NCBI GenBank assembly: GCA_963808625.1
Contig: CAWEHK010000052.1
Location: 9,105 to 73,104, forward strand
Length of the DNA stretch: 64,000 bases
Direction: 5' to 3'
Source: an uncultured delta proteobacterium
Lineage (GTDB): Bacteria > Desulfobacterota > Syntrophobacteria > Syntrophobacterales > Syntrophobacteraceae
The notes below the pieces were generated by a model that did not search any database, had not been told where the DNA came from, and saw only the letters and a list, made by a program, of their open reading frames with translations. Positions within the stretch are counted from its first letter, which is position 1. The number at the start of each line of letters is the position of its first letter. Shown here piece by piece: positions 30,913 through 41,635 of the stretch. Both the position numbers and the translations under genes were made by a program.

Positions 30913-31789
30913 CTAAAACCGATGCACGGCCTTGACTCCGAGCAGGCCACTCGGACGGGCATAAAGAATGAGGAGCAGCAGGAAAAAGGCAATGGCATCC
31001 TTGAGGCTTGAAGAAAAGAAGCCTACCCCCAGGGCCTCCAGAATTCCCAGGAGGTTCCCCCGAGCACCGCCCCCCAGGAACTTCCCAGTCCTCCCAGCAT
31101 CGCCGCGCAGAAACCCTTCAGGCCCAGCATCATCCCCATATCGTAACTGCTCATGGTGATCGGAGCAATGAGGACCCCTCCGATGCTCCCCATCCCTGCG
31201 CTCATGGCAAAGGCCAGAAGGACCATGCGCTCGCTGGGGATACCCAGGAGTGACGCCGCTCGTCTTGTTGATGGCACAAGCCTCCATGGCCTTTCCGGTC
31301 AGGGTCTTTCGATAAAATAGTTGCAGGCCAGTCACAATGATGAGAACGACTGCCAGAATCCACAGGCTCTGGGGCAGCAAGGTCGCTCCGGCAATTTCGA
31401 TAGGCGCATGGTGGGTAAAAGACGGGGCACTGTGAGCATCCTTTCCCCAGAAGAGCATGGCCAGGCCTCGCAGCAAAATCGAGGCGCCGATGGTAATGAT
31501 TACCAGGACAATCGGATGGGGTTTACGGACCGTGCGAATGGCCAGACGCTCGAGCAGCAGCCCCACCACGCGAGACCCCGACCACCGAAAGGAAAAACGC
31601 CGCAAGCAGCGGCAGACGACAACCCTTCCAGAAGGTTATCATACTGAGCGCCCCCAGCATCACAAATTCACCCTGGGCGAAATTGATCAGCCCGGTGGCG
31701 TTGTAAAGCATGGTAAAACCCAGGGCGATGACGGCGTAGATCGCGCCATTCGTCAGGCCTGAAAACAGGTATTGAAGAAATTCCTGCAT
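30913..31789 (-). CDS. livH: ABC permease (LivH-like), frameshifted
   Basis: GLTNGAIYAVIALGFT, INFAQGEFVMLGA, TGKAMEACA, LKGFCAAMLGGLG, RPSGLLG. Confidence 0.9.
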
Positions 31790-33018
31790 CAGACAAGCCG
31801 CATTCTAAAACCTAAAGGCCGAGAGTTAAAGCCAAAGCCAAGAGCCAACTCATTGCCGAGCAGTTTCCAGGTTCCTTTTTGAATTTGCACCATCACAAAG
31901 GCATCCGCGCCCAGACCATTGTGGTCCTGCGGTGAGAAGTTAAAGGTGCCGGTGACTCCCACATGTCCCTTAAGTTTTTCCAGGGCGTCACGGAGTTTTT
32001 CCTTATTGCCCTCGGTGCCCGGCAGGGCCTCCGCCAGCAGGTGCATGGCGTCATAGGCGTAGCCTCCAAAGCCGGAGACGGGCATTTGAAAACGCTTCTC
32101 AAATTGTTCGATATACTTGAGCAGCACGGCTCTTTTGCGGGTCGGTGTCGGGCAGTTGCTGGGCGACCAGGATCTTTCCGGTGGGAAGGAAAATCCCTTC
32201 CGCGGCATCCCCGGCCAGTTCCAGGAATTTGGGAGAAGCCACGCCGTGGCTTTGATAGAGCGGGATTTTGATATTCATCTGCTGAATATTCTTGGCAATG
32301 ACCGCCGGACCGGGATTGGTTCCCCAGCAGATGATGGCCTGAGGTTGGGCCGAGCGGATTTTGGTCAACTGTGCCGTCATGTCCGTGTCTTTGGCGCCGA
32401 AGCTTTCCGCCTGAACGATCTCGATGCCATACTTGCGCGGCCTGCGCCTGGAGTTGTTCCTTGCCGCTTTCACCGAAGGCATTCTCGACCGTTAGAATCC
32501 CTATCTTCTTGATATTCTGCTTTTGCATGTGCTGGTAAATGGCGGCCACGGCCAGGACGTCGTTCTGGGCCGTCTTGAACACCCAGGGTTTGATCGGTTC
32601 GGTGATCTTGATCCCGGCAGCACAACTGATCAGGGGGATCTTCTCTTTTTCCACAATCGGCACAATGGCCAGGGTCGTCGGGCGTGAGACTGGGACCGAC
32701 GATAGCGAGAACATTGTCCTTGCTGATGAGTTTGTTGGTGGCGAGCACGGTCTTCGTGGGGTCCCCTTCGGTGTCATAGATCACCGCTTCCAGGGGATGG
32801 CCGTCGATACCTCCCTGGGCGTTGATCTCATCAACCACCATCTCCATGCTTTTCTTTTCCGGATCTCCCAGAAAAGAACTGGGACCCGTAATGGCAAAAA
32901 TCCCCCCGATCTTATAGGCCTCTTTGGACCAGCTCACCGATGGCGTTCCGCGCGATTGACAGGGCCAGCACCAAGGCCATCAAGACACTTCCTTCAACAT
33001 GGCTCCGTTCGGTTTCAT
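31789..33018 (-). CDS. ABC substrate-binding protein (LivK-like), frameshifted
   Basis: YKIGGIFAITGP, DEINAQGGIDG, DMTAQLTKI, GYAYDA, GVTGTFNFSPQDHNG. Confidence 0.88.
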
Positions 33019-33039
33019 GACGGTCTCCTCAGCGCCATT

Positions 33040-33471
33040 TTACATGGCATAAAGTCGCTCTCCGTCAATCACTTTTACCCCATTTTCCAACAAGACCTTT
33101 ACCGCTTCGTCCAGATTATCGAAGCGGAAGATAATGACCGCATTGTTGCCGCTCTGCTGAACAAACGCATACATGTACTCGACATTGACATTGGCTTTGA
33201 AAAGAATCTGCAGGATGTGGTGAAGACCACCCGGGCGATCATCCACCTCGACCGCCACCACATCGGTCTTCCCCACCGTAAATCCGTGTTTCTTCAGGGC
33301 TTCAACCGCTTTGACATGGTCGTTTACGATCAGCCGCAGGATGCCGAAATCGGAGGTATCAGCAAGCGACAGGGCCCGGATGTTGATTGCTGCCTCGGTG
33401 AGGATACCGGTGACTTCCGAAAGGCGACCCGCCTTGTTCTCCAGAAAGACTGAAATCTGTTCTACTCGCAT
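33040..33471 (-). CDS. Tandem ACT-domain amino-acid-binding protein
   Basis: [48 protein letters not shown]. Confidence 0.92.
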   Translation of the reverse strand: MRVEQISVFLENKAGRLSEVTGILTEAAINIRALSLADTSDFGILRLIVNDHVKAVEALKKHGFTVGKTDVVAVEVDDRPGGLHHILQILFKANVNVEYMYAFVQQSGNNAVIIFRFDNLDEAVKVLLENGVKVIDGERLYAM

Positions 33472-33581
33472 TGGTAATTCTCCTTTCCTTTTAATGCCAT
33501 GGCTGGATGCCGTACGATCCAGTTAACCCCATCATCCACGAAGTCACACGAAGAGAAAACCCGAAGAAACACTAAGAACTT

Positions 33582-34883
33582 TTAGAATTTGCGATTATCA
33601 ATAACTCGCTGCGCCTTCCCTTCACTTCTCGGGATGCTCTTCGGCTCGACCAGTTTTACCCTGGCGGAAACTCCCAGGTATTCTTTGATATTCTTGGAGA
33701 TCTTCTTCTCAAGATCCTGCAGTTTTCGGACTTCATCCGAAAAGGTCTGCTCTCCCACTTCAACCATGACGGTGAGAATATCCAGGGTACCTTCTCTGTC
33801 CACGACCAGTTGGTAATGAGGCTCAACCCACCGCATCTCCATCAGGACACTCTCGATTTGCGATGGAAACACGTTGACTCCGCGAATGATGAGCATGTCG
33901 TCGGTCCTTCCCGTCACCCGATTCATGCGCACGTGGGTCCGCCCGCAGATGCACGGGTCGGCATTGAGGGAAGTGACGTCGCGGGTCCGATAACGGATGA
34001 TCGGGAACGCTTCTTTGGTAATCGAGGTGAACACCAATTCCCCCTGCGTACCGTAGGGCAGAACTTCGCCGCTTTGAGGGTCGATCACTTCCGGGATGAA
34101 ATGGTCCTCAAAGATGTGGAGCCCGCTCTTCGCCTGCAGGCATTCGATGGAAACCCCCGGCCCCATCACCTCGCTTAATCCGTAAATGTCGATAGCATTC
34201 AAATGGAGTTTTCGCTCAATCTCATTGCGCATGTTCTGCGACCACGGTTCGGCGCCAAAAATGCCGGATTTGAACTTCAGGTCTTCGAACCCGATGCCGT
34301 TTTCCGCCGCGACTTCCGCCAGGTGAAGGGCATAAGATGGCGTGCAGGTGAGGATCGTCGGGCCGAAGTCCTTCATGATGAGGATCTGACGTTTGGTGTT
34401 CCCGCCGGAGATCGGGATAACCGATGCTCCCAGACGTTCTGCCCCGTAGTGGATGCCGAGACCGCCGGTGAAGAGCCCATAGCCATAAGCATTGTGAATG
34501 ATGTCCCCGCGGGAAGCGCCCCCGGCGACCAGGGCGCGGGCCATGAGTTCCGCCCAGGTATCGATATCCCGCGCGGTATAGCCAACCACCGTGGGCTTGC
34601 CGGTCGTTCCGGATGATGCATGGATGCGCACCACGTTATCCATCGGTACGGCGAACATGCCGAAGGGGTAATTGTCTCGCAAATCCTGCTTGGTGGTGAA
34701 CGGGAGGCGCTGCAGGTCGTTCAGAGTCTTGATATCAGCAGGACGGATGCCGACCTCGTCAAATTTCTTCCGATAGAATGGCACCGTCGCGTAAACCCGC
34801 TGGGCAGTGGCTTGCAGCCGGCGCAATTGAATGGCTTCGAGTGCCTCCCGGGGCAGGGTTTCGAATTCGATGTTATAGATCAT
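33582..34883 (-). CDS. paaK: Phenylacetate-CoA ligase
   Basis: [69 protein letters not shown]. Confidence 0.95.
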   Translation of the reverse strand: MIYNIEFETLPREALEAIQLRRLQATAQRVYATVPFYRKKFDEVGIRPADIKTLNDLQRLPFTTKQDLRDNYPFGMFAVPMDNVVRIHASSGTTGKPTVVGYTARDIDTWAELMARALVAGGASRGDIIHNAYGYGLFTGGLGIHYGAERLGASVIPISGGNTKRQILIMKDFGPTILTCTPSYALHLAEVAAENGIGFEDLKFKSGIFGAEPWSQNMRNEIERKLHLNAIDIYGLSEVMGPGVSIECLQAKSGLHIFEDHFIPEVIDPQSGEVLPYGTQGELVFTSITKEAFPIIRYRTRDVTSLNADPCICGRTHVRMNRVTGRTDDMLIIRGVNVFPSQIESVLMEMRWVEPHYQLVVDREGTLDILTVMVEVGEQTFSDEVRKLQDLEKKISKNIKEYLGVSARVKLVEPKSIPRSEGKAQRVIDNRKF

Positions 34884-34908
34884 GCGGTTTCGTCCTCCTT
34901 TCTTTTAT

Positions 34909-35123
34909 CCACGAAGTCACACGAAGATCACGAAAACACACTAAGAACAAACCTCTGTTTCTGCCTTCGTGTTGCTTCGTGAGCATTCGTGGATCGTTTT
35001 TCCTTTATCCACGAAGACACACGAAGATGAACGAAGAGCCACGAAGGTCAACGAAGACAAACCAATGGAAGTGAAGGAACAATTCGTGTCACTTCGTTCT
35101 CTTTTCTTCGTGTGCATTCGTGG
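34909..35123. repeat. Two tandem family B palindromic repeats (CCACGAAG...TTCGTGG)
   Basis: ccacgaagtcacacgaag...ttcgtgagcattcgtgg and ccacgaagacacacgaag...ttcgtgtgcattcgtgg; half copies near 33536 and 46158. Confidence 0.75.
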
Positions 35124-35132
35124 ATCGCTTTC

Positions 35133-35168
35133 AAAAAAAAAGCCGTGGAATCTGGGAATCCACGGCTT
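35133..35168 (-). terminator. Second intrinsic terminator in the paaK leader
   Basis: minus strand AAGCCGTGGATTCCCAGATTCCACGGC followed by 9 T. Confidence 0.8.
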
Positions 35169-35177
35169 CACAAAAGC

Positions 35178-35217
35178 AAAAAAACCATGGGTTCCGCAGT
35201 GTGCCTACCCATGGTTT
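35178..35217 (-). terminator. Attenuator terminator (3:4) in the paaK leader
   Basis: minus strand AAACCATGGGT-AGGCACACTGCGGA-ACCCATGG followed by 7 T. Confidence 0.8.
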
Positions 35218-35242
35218 CAGTCGGTGTCCGGTCCGGTTCAGC

Positions 35243-35326
35243 CTACTTCGCCCCACAGGCAGGCTTACTGAAATAAAAGCCTCCCCCAAAACAAAAACGG
35301 TACAAGTAATAGAACCGGTTAATCAT
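35243..35326 (-). CDS. Phe/Tyr-rich leader peptide MINRFYYLYRFCFGGGFYFSKPACGAK (27 aa)
   Basis: ATG preceded by GAGGG; 5 Phe + 4 Tyr codons; overlaps alternative hairpins; immediately upstream of the terminators and paaK. Confidence 0.85.
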   Translation of the reverse strand: MINRFYYLYRFCFGGGFYFSKPACGAK

Positions 35327-35469
35327 GCTGCCCTCGCAACAAAATATTTCCTCACCTTACCGGCAATGATTACCGAGTTTGCAGACCTCTGTCAATACCA
35401 AAAGAACCGCGCCACAAGATGGGCGCTCAAGATGGCAGGTAAGAAACTATATCAAAGCTCGCTCACCCC

Positions 35470-35538
35470 GTCACCCCGGCGGAAGCCTGGGTCCAGAATC
35501 CCTGGAAAAACTTGGATTCCGGCTTTCGCCGGAATGAC
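35470..35538. repeat. Family C palindrome
   Basis: gtcacccccggcggaagcctgggtccag ... ttggattccggctttcgccggaatgac. Confidence 0.7.
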
Positions 35539-35597
35539 GACCAGTGGCGTTTCGAGCACTTTGAGATAATTCCCAAGCGGTCGCCCGCAACTGCCTC

Positions 35598-35716
35598 CAG
35601 CCACTGACCACTGTTCACTGCCTACTCCTTACTCCTTACTCCCTACTCCCTACTGCTTACTGCTTACTGCTTACTCCATACTGCCTACTCCTTACTGCCT
35701 ACTCCCTACTCCCTAC
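35598..35716. repeat. Heptamer tandem repeat (CTACTCC/TTACTCC/TTACTGC)
   Basis: More than ten consecutive 7-nt units running into the stop codon of the TPR gene. Confidence 0.85.
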
Positions 35717-36453
35717 TGCTCACTGCCCTTCTGAGCGGTCGGTGCCTTCATCTTGGAGTTCAGGGATGCGCGCTCATCCTGAAGAAGGGCGGGACTGGGG
35801 TAGTTGCCTGGAGCTTTGAGCAATATTTCATACTGTTCGGCAGCTTTTGCGTATTCGCCTTTTTGGGCGTACAGCCTCGCGAGGTTCCAGTCCGCTTCTT
35901 TCTTGAGCTCTGAGGACTCGGTCCCTTTCAGATTGTTCCAGAGGGCTATCGCCTCATCCGTTTTGCCAAGAGCTTCGTAAGTGAATGCCTGTTGATACTG
36001 GGCCAGGATCTTGAGACCCTGGTCGCCCGCGGCCTGATCGAGCACTTTCTTGTTCCAGTTTAGAGCGTTTTCGTATTGCTGGATTTGAAAATAAGCACGC
36101 GCCAAGTCAAGTTGTGCATCCTTGACCGGTGCGGTTCCGGAATGGTCCGCAAGAAACTTTTCCAGTTCCGGGATGAGCTTTTCCCATGCCTGGCGGGTAC
36201 TATTGTCGTCCCCGGGCCATCTTTGCAGCACTTTTGCGTAGTCAACCTGTGCCCGCCGCTCCTTGGACTGGCCATAGGCATTGAATCCCCAAAAGCCGCC
36301 CAGAACCAAACAGAGGGCCACCAGCCCGGCAAGGATCCGGTTAAAGTGCTGCTCGATCCATTCTTTCGAAAAGGCGGGGGTGGCCGCAAGCTCCAGGGCC
36401 TTTTGTGCCTTCAGGGCTTCCTTTTTCGGAATTTTGATCTTCTTTATTCCCAA
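35713..36453 (-). CDS. Membrane-anchored TPR protein (YfgM-like)
   Basis: Basic N-terminus, one TM helix, TPR-like helices (LARAYF...[17 protein letters not shown]). Confidence 0.8.
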   Translation of the reverse strand: MGIKKIKIPKKEALKAQKALELAATPAFSKEWIEQHFNRILAGLVALCLVLGGFWGFNAYGQSKERRAQVDYAKVLQRWPGDDNSTRQAWEKLIPELEKFLADHSGTAPVKDAQLDLARAYFQIQQYENALNWNKKVLDQAAGDQGLKILAQYQQAFTYEALGKTDEAIALWNNLKGTESSELKKEADWNLARLYAQKGEYAKAAEQYEILLKAPGNYPSPALLQDERASLNSKMKAPTAQKGSEQ

Positions 36454-36506
36454 ATCCTTCTCTCCCTAAGAGTCCGGTTTCCGTCTTCGCATCTTTGTGT
36501 CAAACG

Positions 36507-37019
36507 TCAGAAACAGAACGTTGTTTCGTCCTTTTCCTCAAATCGGTCAAGTATTCTTTCAATTATTTTCGTGGTGGAAGCATCGGGCACAAGCTCCACA
36601 TGCACCACTCTTCCACCGGTCTTCTGCACTTCCGCCGCGCCGATGGTCTTGTCCAAGGGCCAGTCGGCGCCTTTCACCAGGATGTTCGGTTGCAGCAGCT
36701 CAATCAGCGGGAGGGGGTCGGGGGTGTCGAAAACACAGACGTAGTCGACGCAGTGGAGGGCGGCCACGAGCTCGCATCGTTCCGCTTCCGGGACAATCGG
36801 CCGAAGCGGCCCCTTGATCTGGGTCACGGAACGGTTGCTGTTTACCGCGACAATCAGCAGATCTCCATGACTGCGGGCGGCTTCCAGGTAGCGGACATGA
36901 CCAACATGGAGCAAATCGAAACAGCCATTGGTGAACACCACGCAACGTCGGCGTTCACGAGCTGCGCTGCAAATTTGTTCCAGTTCTTCAATGGTCTTGA
37001 CTTTATCTCTGGCCTTCAT
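36507..37019 (-). CDS. rfaE2: D-glycero-beta-D-manno-heptose 1-phosphate adenylyltransferase
   Basis: VFTNGCFDLLHVGHVRYL, KGPLRPI, LVKGADW, STTKII. Confidence 0.93.
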   Translation of the reverse strand: MKARDKVKTIEELEQICSAARERRRCVVFTNGCFDLLHVGHVRYLEAARSHGDLLIVAVNSNRSVTQIKGPLRPIVPEAERCELVAALHCVDYVCVFDTPDPLPLIELLQPNILVKGADWPLDKTIGAAEVQKTGGRVVHVELVPDASTTKIIERILDRFEEKDETTFCF

Positions 37020-37031
37020 TCCTCCCAGACG

Positions 37032-37499
37032 CTATCTTGTCGTGTTTGGAATGTTACGTATCTGTTCCTCGATTTTGCTGAGCTCCGTCTCGTCCATCTC
37101 GGGGTACAAGCAAAACATGCCACATTCCAGGCCGTCGATAAGGCCTTCACGGTACATCTTCACCCAGAAGGGAAGACTTCCTCGCGAGGATTCCTGCTCG
37201 GGGGAGAGATCGGGGTATTCTACGTAAATCTCCCCTTTAAAAATATCTCTCAACCCCTGGAGCGCTGCCCGACCGTGCCCCGTTCGCTTTCTACCCTGAG
37301 TTTCGAATTGATGAATGGTTATCTCTCTGGTCCCATCCGGAGAAAGGCAAAGGCTGATCTGGCCCCGGCAAGTCGCGGGCTGCTCGAATTCCAGGATTTC
37401 CATCGGGCCGAAGCCCTTGAGGACCGTGAGCAAGTCCTTTACGGACAGATCACCATAGGCGGCCTTCCACAGGATGCCTTTCCACTCGATTTCGGCCAC
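37032..37499 (-). CDS. Hypothetical protein
   Basis: 155-aa ORF with GGAGG RBS, co-oriented in the operon. Confidence 0.7.
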   Translation of the reverse strand: MAEIEWKGILWKAAYGDLSVKDLLTVLKGFGPMEILEFEQPATCRGQISLCLSPDGTREITIHQFETQGRKRTGHGRAALQGLRDIFKGEIYVEYPDLSPEQESSRGSLPFWVKMYREGLIDGLECGMFCLYPEMDETELSKIEEQIRNIPNTTR

Positions 37500-37833
37500 G
37501 TGAAGAGCCTCCGCTTCTCTGCAAGGAAGGTTTGCGCGTTGTCGGTTTCAACTTGAGGTCGAAGTCCAGGTTTTTCATGGCCTCTTGCACCGCATGGCGC
37601 AGATCCAGCTCCCAGAGCGGCACCGTCGCGGAAAAGTCTCTCTCTGTGGCATTCTTGCCAATTCGGCAGGAACTCAGGGGGGGGCTATTCTTCGAGCCAT
37701 CCCGGCTCGCAAAAAGGACCACTCAATAGCGATTGCCTTTGTTCACAACAAAGGGTTGGATGCCGAGCTGTTTGATTTCGGGACAGAGTTCATGGAGTTT
37801 GGACAGGATGACTTCCGTATTGAGTGCTTGCAT
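37450..37833 (-). CDS. Hypothetical protein with in-frame TGA at codon 37 (candidate selenoprotein or pseudogene)
   Basis: MQALNTEVILSKLHELCPEIKQLGIQPFVVNKGNRY-TGA-VVLFASRDG...; TGA at 37725-37723; hairpin CGAGCC-GGGAT-GGCTCG downstream. Confidence 0.5.
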
Positions 37834-37915
37834 GGGATATTCCGTACTCTGGTGAGGGTGGATGCCAATACGCATTAGAGTATGCTCTGCAGGTTCAACA
37901 AGTCACGATCCAAAT

Positions 37916-38480
37916 CTAGCTGGAATTCAAACTCGGGGACCACCCGTTAGCTTCAGATTGGTCTCCAAGTCCAGACGAACATGCGAAAACCGCTACTTCG
38001 TGGTAGCAGGCCAACTGGCGCAAGGCTTCGAACAGGGCGGCCCCTACACTCGTCGCCAAGTTTAGACTCCTTACCCGTGATCTGTCAATGGGGATTTGCA
38101 GGATTCGGTCAGTTTCTGAATCAAGGATATCCGCCGGCAGTCCTCTCGTCTCTGAGCCAAAAACCAGACAGTCTCCCGGCAGAAAATGGAATTCGTAATA
38201 GCGGCGCGAAGCGTGAGCGGAAAAATAAACCATGCGCGGAAAACTCAGCTCTTTGCGGAGTGCTTCCATGCTGGCATGGACCTTAAGCTGCACGTGCGGC
38301 CAATAATCCAGGCCAGCTCGCTTCAGATAGCGGTCCGAGAGTCGAAAGCCCAGAGGTCCTATGAGGTGGAGCGGCGTGTGGGTGGCCGCGCAGGTTCTGG
38401 CAACATTTCCCGTATTCTGAGGGATCTCAGGCTGGTAGAGAGCGACATGCAAAGCGGGCTCGGGTTCCGAAATGTGACTC
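37916..38480 (-). CDS. trmL: tRNA (cytidine/uridine-34 2'-O)-methyltransferase (start approximate)
   Basis: LYQPEIPQNTGNVARTC, LKRAGLDYW, FGSETRGLP, RSLNLA. Confidence 0.92.
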
Positions 38481-38516
38481 CCACCTCGGCTCTCCGGAGA
38501 CCACAACTCCTCTGCC

Positions 38517-38906
38517 TTATTCCTGCCCGGTGCGGACCGCCCGAACGAAATGATTGGCATAGTTTCCTTCGATCACATAAAGATCGCCGTAATAGAAATC
38601 GACATAGCAGGCCCGATGATGGTCCCTTTCGGTAGCCGTCCAGCAGCACCTCTGGTTCCCGAAGACGGGGTCCAGATAGAGTCCGCTGCGACGGTCTTCC
38701 TCACGAACAATCAGCGTGGCGAGTTCCTCCTGGGCAGGATAACGCCAGTCGCTGTATCCTCCGTAATGAGCCTCATTCAGACGGTCAATGTAGGCGAAGC
38801 CATCCTGCCAGACCATGCGGTCGGCAGACGCCCCACGCTGCCACATCAGTTTCGTTTCCAAGTCCTCTACGGCCAATTCTCCCCTTACCACAAAGCGATC
38901 GCTCAC
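38517..38906 (-). CDS. DUF1566 (Lcl C-terminal-like) domain protein
   Basis: DLETKLMWQ, GGYSDWRYP..EEL, FVRAVR; GTG start after AAGGAG. Confidence 0.8.
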   Translation of the reverse strand: MSDRFVVRGELAVEDLETKLMWQRGASADRMVWQDGFAYIDRLNEAHYGGYSDWRYPAQEELATLIVREEDRRSGLYLDPVFGNQRCCWTATERDHHRACYVDFYYGDLYVIEGNYANHFVRAVRTGQE

Positions 38907-39215
38907 TGCCTCTCCTTTAAACAAGTTCCGGGAGTACCCAAAAAGCCATGAAGCTGCTATAAACTCCGTGCTTTCACGGTCCGCCAACTTCTTCAGGGGG
39001 CCGAGACAGAAGGACATCAAGGGGATGAGCGGACCAAAGAGCCACTCATCGTATCCAGGAAGTCCTATAGCAGCCGATGCCCAGCAGCTTCAGAACACGA
39101 TAAAAGTACCAGAGTTTGCCGTTGACGGACATCAAAAAGAGCACAGGATTCGGAAGTCAGAGTCAGAAGGGAGGAGCCAGACAGGTGAAAGACGACATCC
39201 AAAAAGGGGGTACTT

Positions 39216-40047
39216 GTGCCATCATTGTCAGTGCGGAGACGTTGAACTCTACTACGAGGTCCAGGGCGAGGGGTTGCCTTTGCTGCTCATATCCGGGCTC
39301 GGCGGCGGCACCTGGTCCTGGTATGGCCAGGTGCCGCACTTTCGCGACCTCTACCGGACGATCACCTTTGACAACCGTGGTGCGGGACGCTCCAGCATGC
39401 CCCAAGGTCCTTACCGGATGAAACAGCTTGCCGAGGATGCCCGCTGCCTCCTCGATCATCTCGGGATCGCAGGAGCCTTTGTCCTGGGTCTTTCCATGGG
39501 GGGCATGATCGCTCAGGAACTCGCACTCCTGGCGCCGCATCGCATCCGGGCCCTGTTTTTGGGGTGTACGCACGGCGGAGGACCGTCGCGAGTCTCCCCA
39601 GCACCGAAGGTCATTGAAATTCTGCTGAACAATACCGGCCTCAGCCAGAAAGAGATCATCGAGAAAAACCTGCCCATCTTTCTCAGTGAAGCGTGCCGCA
39701 GAGAGAAACCCGAGGTGGTTGCTGCTTATTGCGAAGCGCAGCTCGCCGCCCCCCAACAGCCTGAATACGCCTTTAACGCCCAGCTGGCGGCCATTAACAC
39801 CTTTGATCCTGGTGACCGGCTGGGGTTGATCAAGGTTCCTGCCATGATCGTCGCGGGCAGTGAGGATGTGCTGATCCCTCCCGAAAATGCTCAGGTGCTG
39901 GCGAAACGGCTTCCCCATGCGGAACTGGTCGTCATCCCCGGAGTCGGCCATGCCCTCCATGCCGAATGCCGCGATACGCTGAATTCGCTGGCGGACGAAT
40001 TCTTCAGACGGTCTTTGACCAGTGGTCTCCCTCAAGAAAACGCGTGA
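39216..40047 (+). CDS. Alpha/beta hydrolase (enol-lactonase-like); start frameshifted
   Basis: LYYEVQGEG, DNRGAGRS, GLSMGG nucleophile elbow, GSEDVL, GVGH. Confidence 0.9.
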
Positions 40048-40645
40048 CTTTTTCGCGAAGCAGTTTCTCGCGCCCCTCATAGAAGTGGTCGCAGTGGGGC
40101 AGAACTTCAACAAGAGTCGGCATCCGGCCCTCGGGTGCGCCGACGATCCACTTTTTGAGCGATGCCACCGCGCAGAAGTCGTCCTGATTTCCAACCATAA
40201 TCAGGCAAGGGCACGACGGGGGTGCCAAGCCTCTGAAATCCAAGAAGTCCAATGGTGGCGAAACAAGGATGGCAGTATTGGGCTGAATGCCCAATGCCAT
40301 TGCTTTCAAGCCAATCCACGCCCCATAGGAATACCCTGCGAGATGGAGGTTGTTCTTGCCGTGTTGCTGAATGTATTGGTAGACTGCCAACAAATCCTCC
40401 GCATCCGACTGCGCTCCGCGATGATGGCCGGTGCTCCCTCCGACACCGCGAAAATTGAAGCGCAAGCTCCCCCAGCCGCGATCATGAAAAGCCTTCCGAA
40501 GCGCCGTCACGACATTGTTGTCCATACTGCCGCCGTAAAGCGGGTGAGGGTGACAGACCACGGCAATATCAATCCCATTGCCCTCGTCATAGAGCGCTTC
40601 GAGGAGAAGGTTTCCAGAGGGAATCATCAAAGGTTTTTCTGACAT
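40004..40645 (-). CDS. Alpha/beta hydrolase
   Basis: CHPHPLYGGSMDNNVV, RFNFRGVG, GYSYG, GNQDD, DHFY. Confidence 0.9.
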   Translation of the reverse strand: MSEKPLMIPSGNLLLEALYDEGNGIDIAVVCHPHPLYGGSMDNNVVTALRKAFHDRGWGSLRFNFRGVGGSTGHHRGAQSDAEDLLAVYQYIQQHGKNNLHLAGYSYGAWIGLKAMALGIQPNTAILVSPPLDFLDFRGLAPPSCPCLIMVGNQDDFCAVASLKKWIVGAPEGRMPTLVEVLPHCDHFYEGREKLLREKVTRFLEGDHWSKTV

Positions 40646-40827
40646 GGTTTCCTCCGCATGGGACCTCTTGATGCCTAAAAGAGATCCCCTGTTTTCGAGA
40701 TGAAGCACACTTTTTAGAGCACCCCGCGAGTCCCTGATGACCCTAAAATCTTCTTACTGATTGGAGATGAAAGGCGTTACAATAACAAAAAATATCACAG
40801 GAACCTCAACTTGATGAGGAGAAACCG

Positions 40828-41446
40828 ATGGCAGAAAATCCGGACGACAGCGTTGCCCTGGAGGCGCTAAGAATCGGGAATAAGCTCAGGGAGCTTGCGG
40901 GAAAAGAAGCGCTTCACCCTCCATGATATGACCGCCAAGACCGGCTTTTCCAAGGACCTCCTGGCCCAGATCGAAAGTGGCGAATTCATCCCGCCGATAG
41001 CCACCCTCATGAAACTGGCCAATGCTTTTGGGGTGAGCATGACCTATTTCTTTAAGGATGAGGCGGGAAGTGAAAAAATCGCCGTCACCCGCGCTCACGA
41101 GCATATCCGGATCAAGCGCCGGCCTCACCATCATGAAGGAGAGGTCAACTACATTTATGAAGCGCTTGAAATCAGGAAGGCCAACAAACACATGGAGCCC
41201 TTTCTGGTGGAATTCCCGGTGCAGGATACCAGCGAAATGGTCTTTGTCAGCCACCAGGGGGAAGAATTCCTCCATCTGCTCGAAGGGCAGCTCGAGTTTC
41301 GCTCCATCGATCACGTCGAAGTGCTCAATCCCGGGGACAGCATCTATTTCGAGTCGGATATCAGCCATAGCTTTCGCTGCCTGGGAGAAAAATCGGCGAA
41401 GGCGATCGTGGTCGTCTGGAGCAAGAAGATAGTGCTGGGTGCATGA
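40828..41446 (+). CDS. XRE-family HTH regulator with cupin domain (frameshift near 40900)
   Basis: IGNKLREL.., LAQIESG..PPIATLMKLA, MEPFLVE, HQGEEF, GDSIYFES..SH. Confidence 0.9.
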
Positions 41447-41520
41447 GTAATGAGTGATGAGTGATGAGTGATGAGGGGTGAGTGATTGAGGGGTGAGGGG
41501 TAATTGGTGAGCAGTGGGTG
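41444..41520. repeat. Heptamer tandem repeat (TGAGTGA) followed by a REP-like half element near 41545
   Basis: tgagtaatgagtgatgagtgatgagtgatgaggggtgagtgattgaggggtgagggg. Confidence 0.75.
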
Positions 41521-41635
41521 CCTGGGTGAGGTGTTGAGCAACAGTGTGGGGCAGGCTTTCCAGCCTGCCAATCCGGGGCTGCCTCCTGGCTGCGTGAATA
41601 AAGACTTTGAGGCACCGGTGAGAGGGAATCGAGTC

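Noticed and set aside
33536..35123. CRISPR array suggested by recurring CCACGAAG/TTCGTGG units
   Set aside because: The units are inverted and degenerate, without constant repeat and spacer lengths, and no cas genes are present
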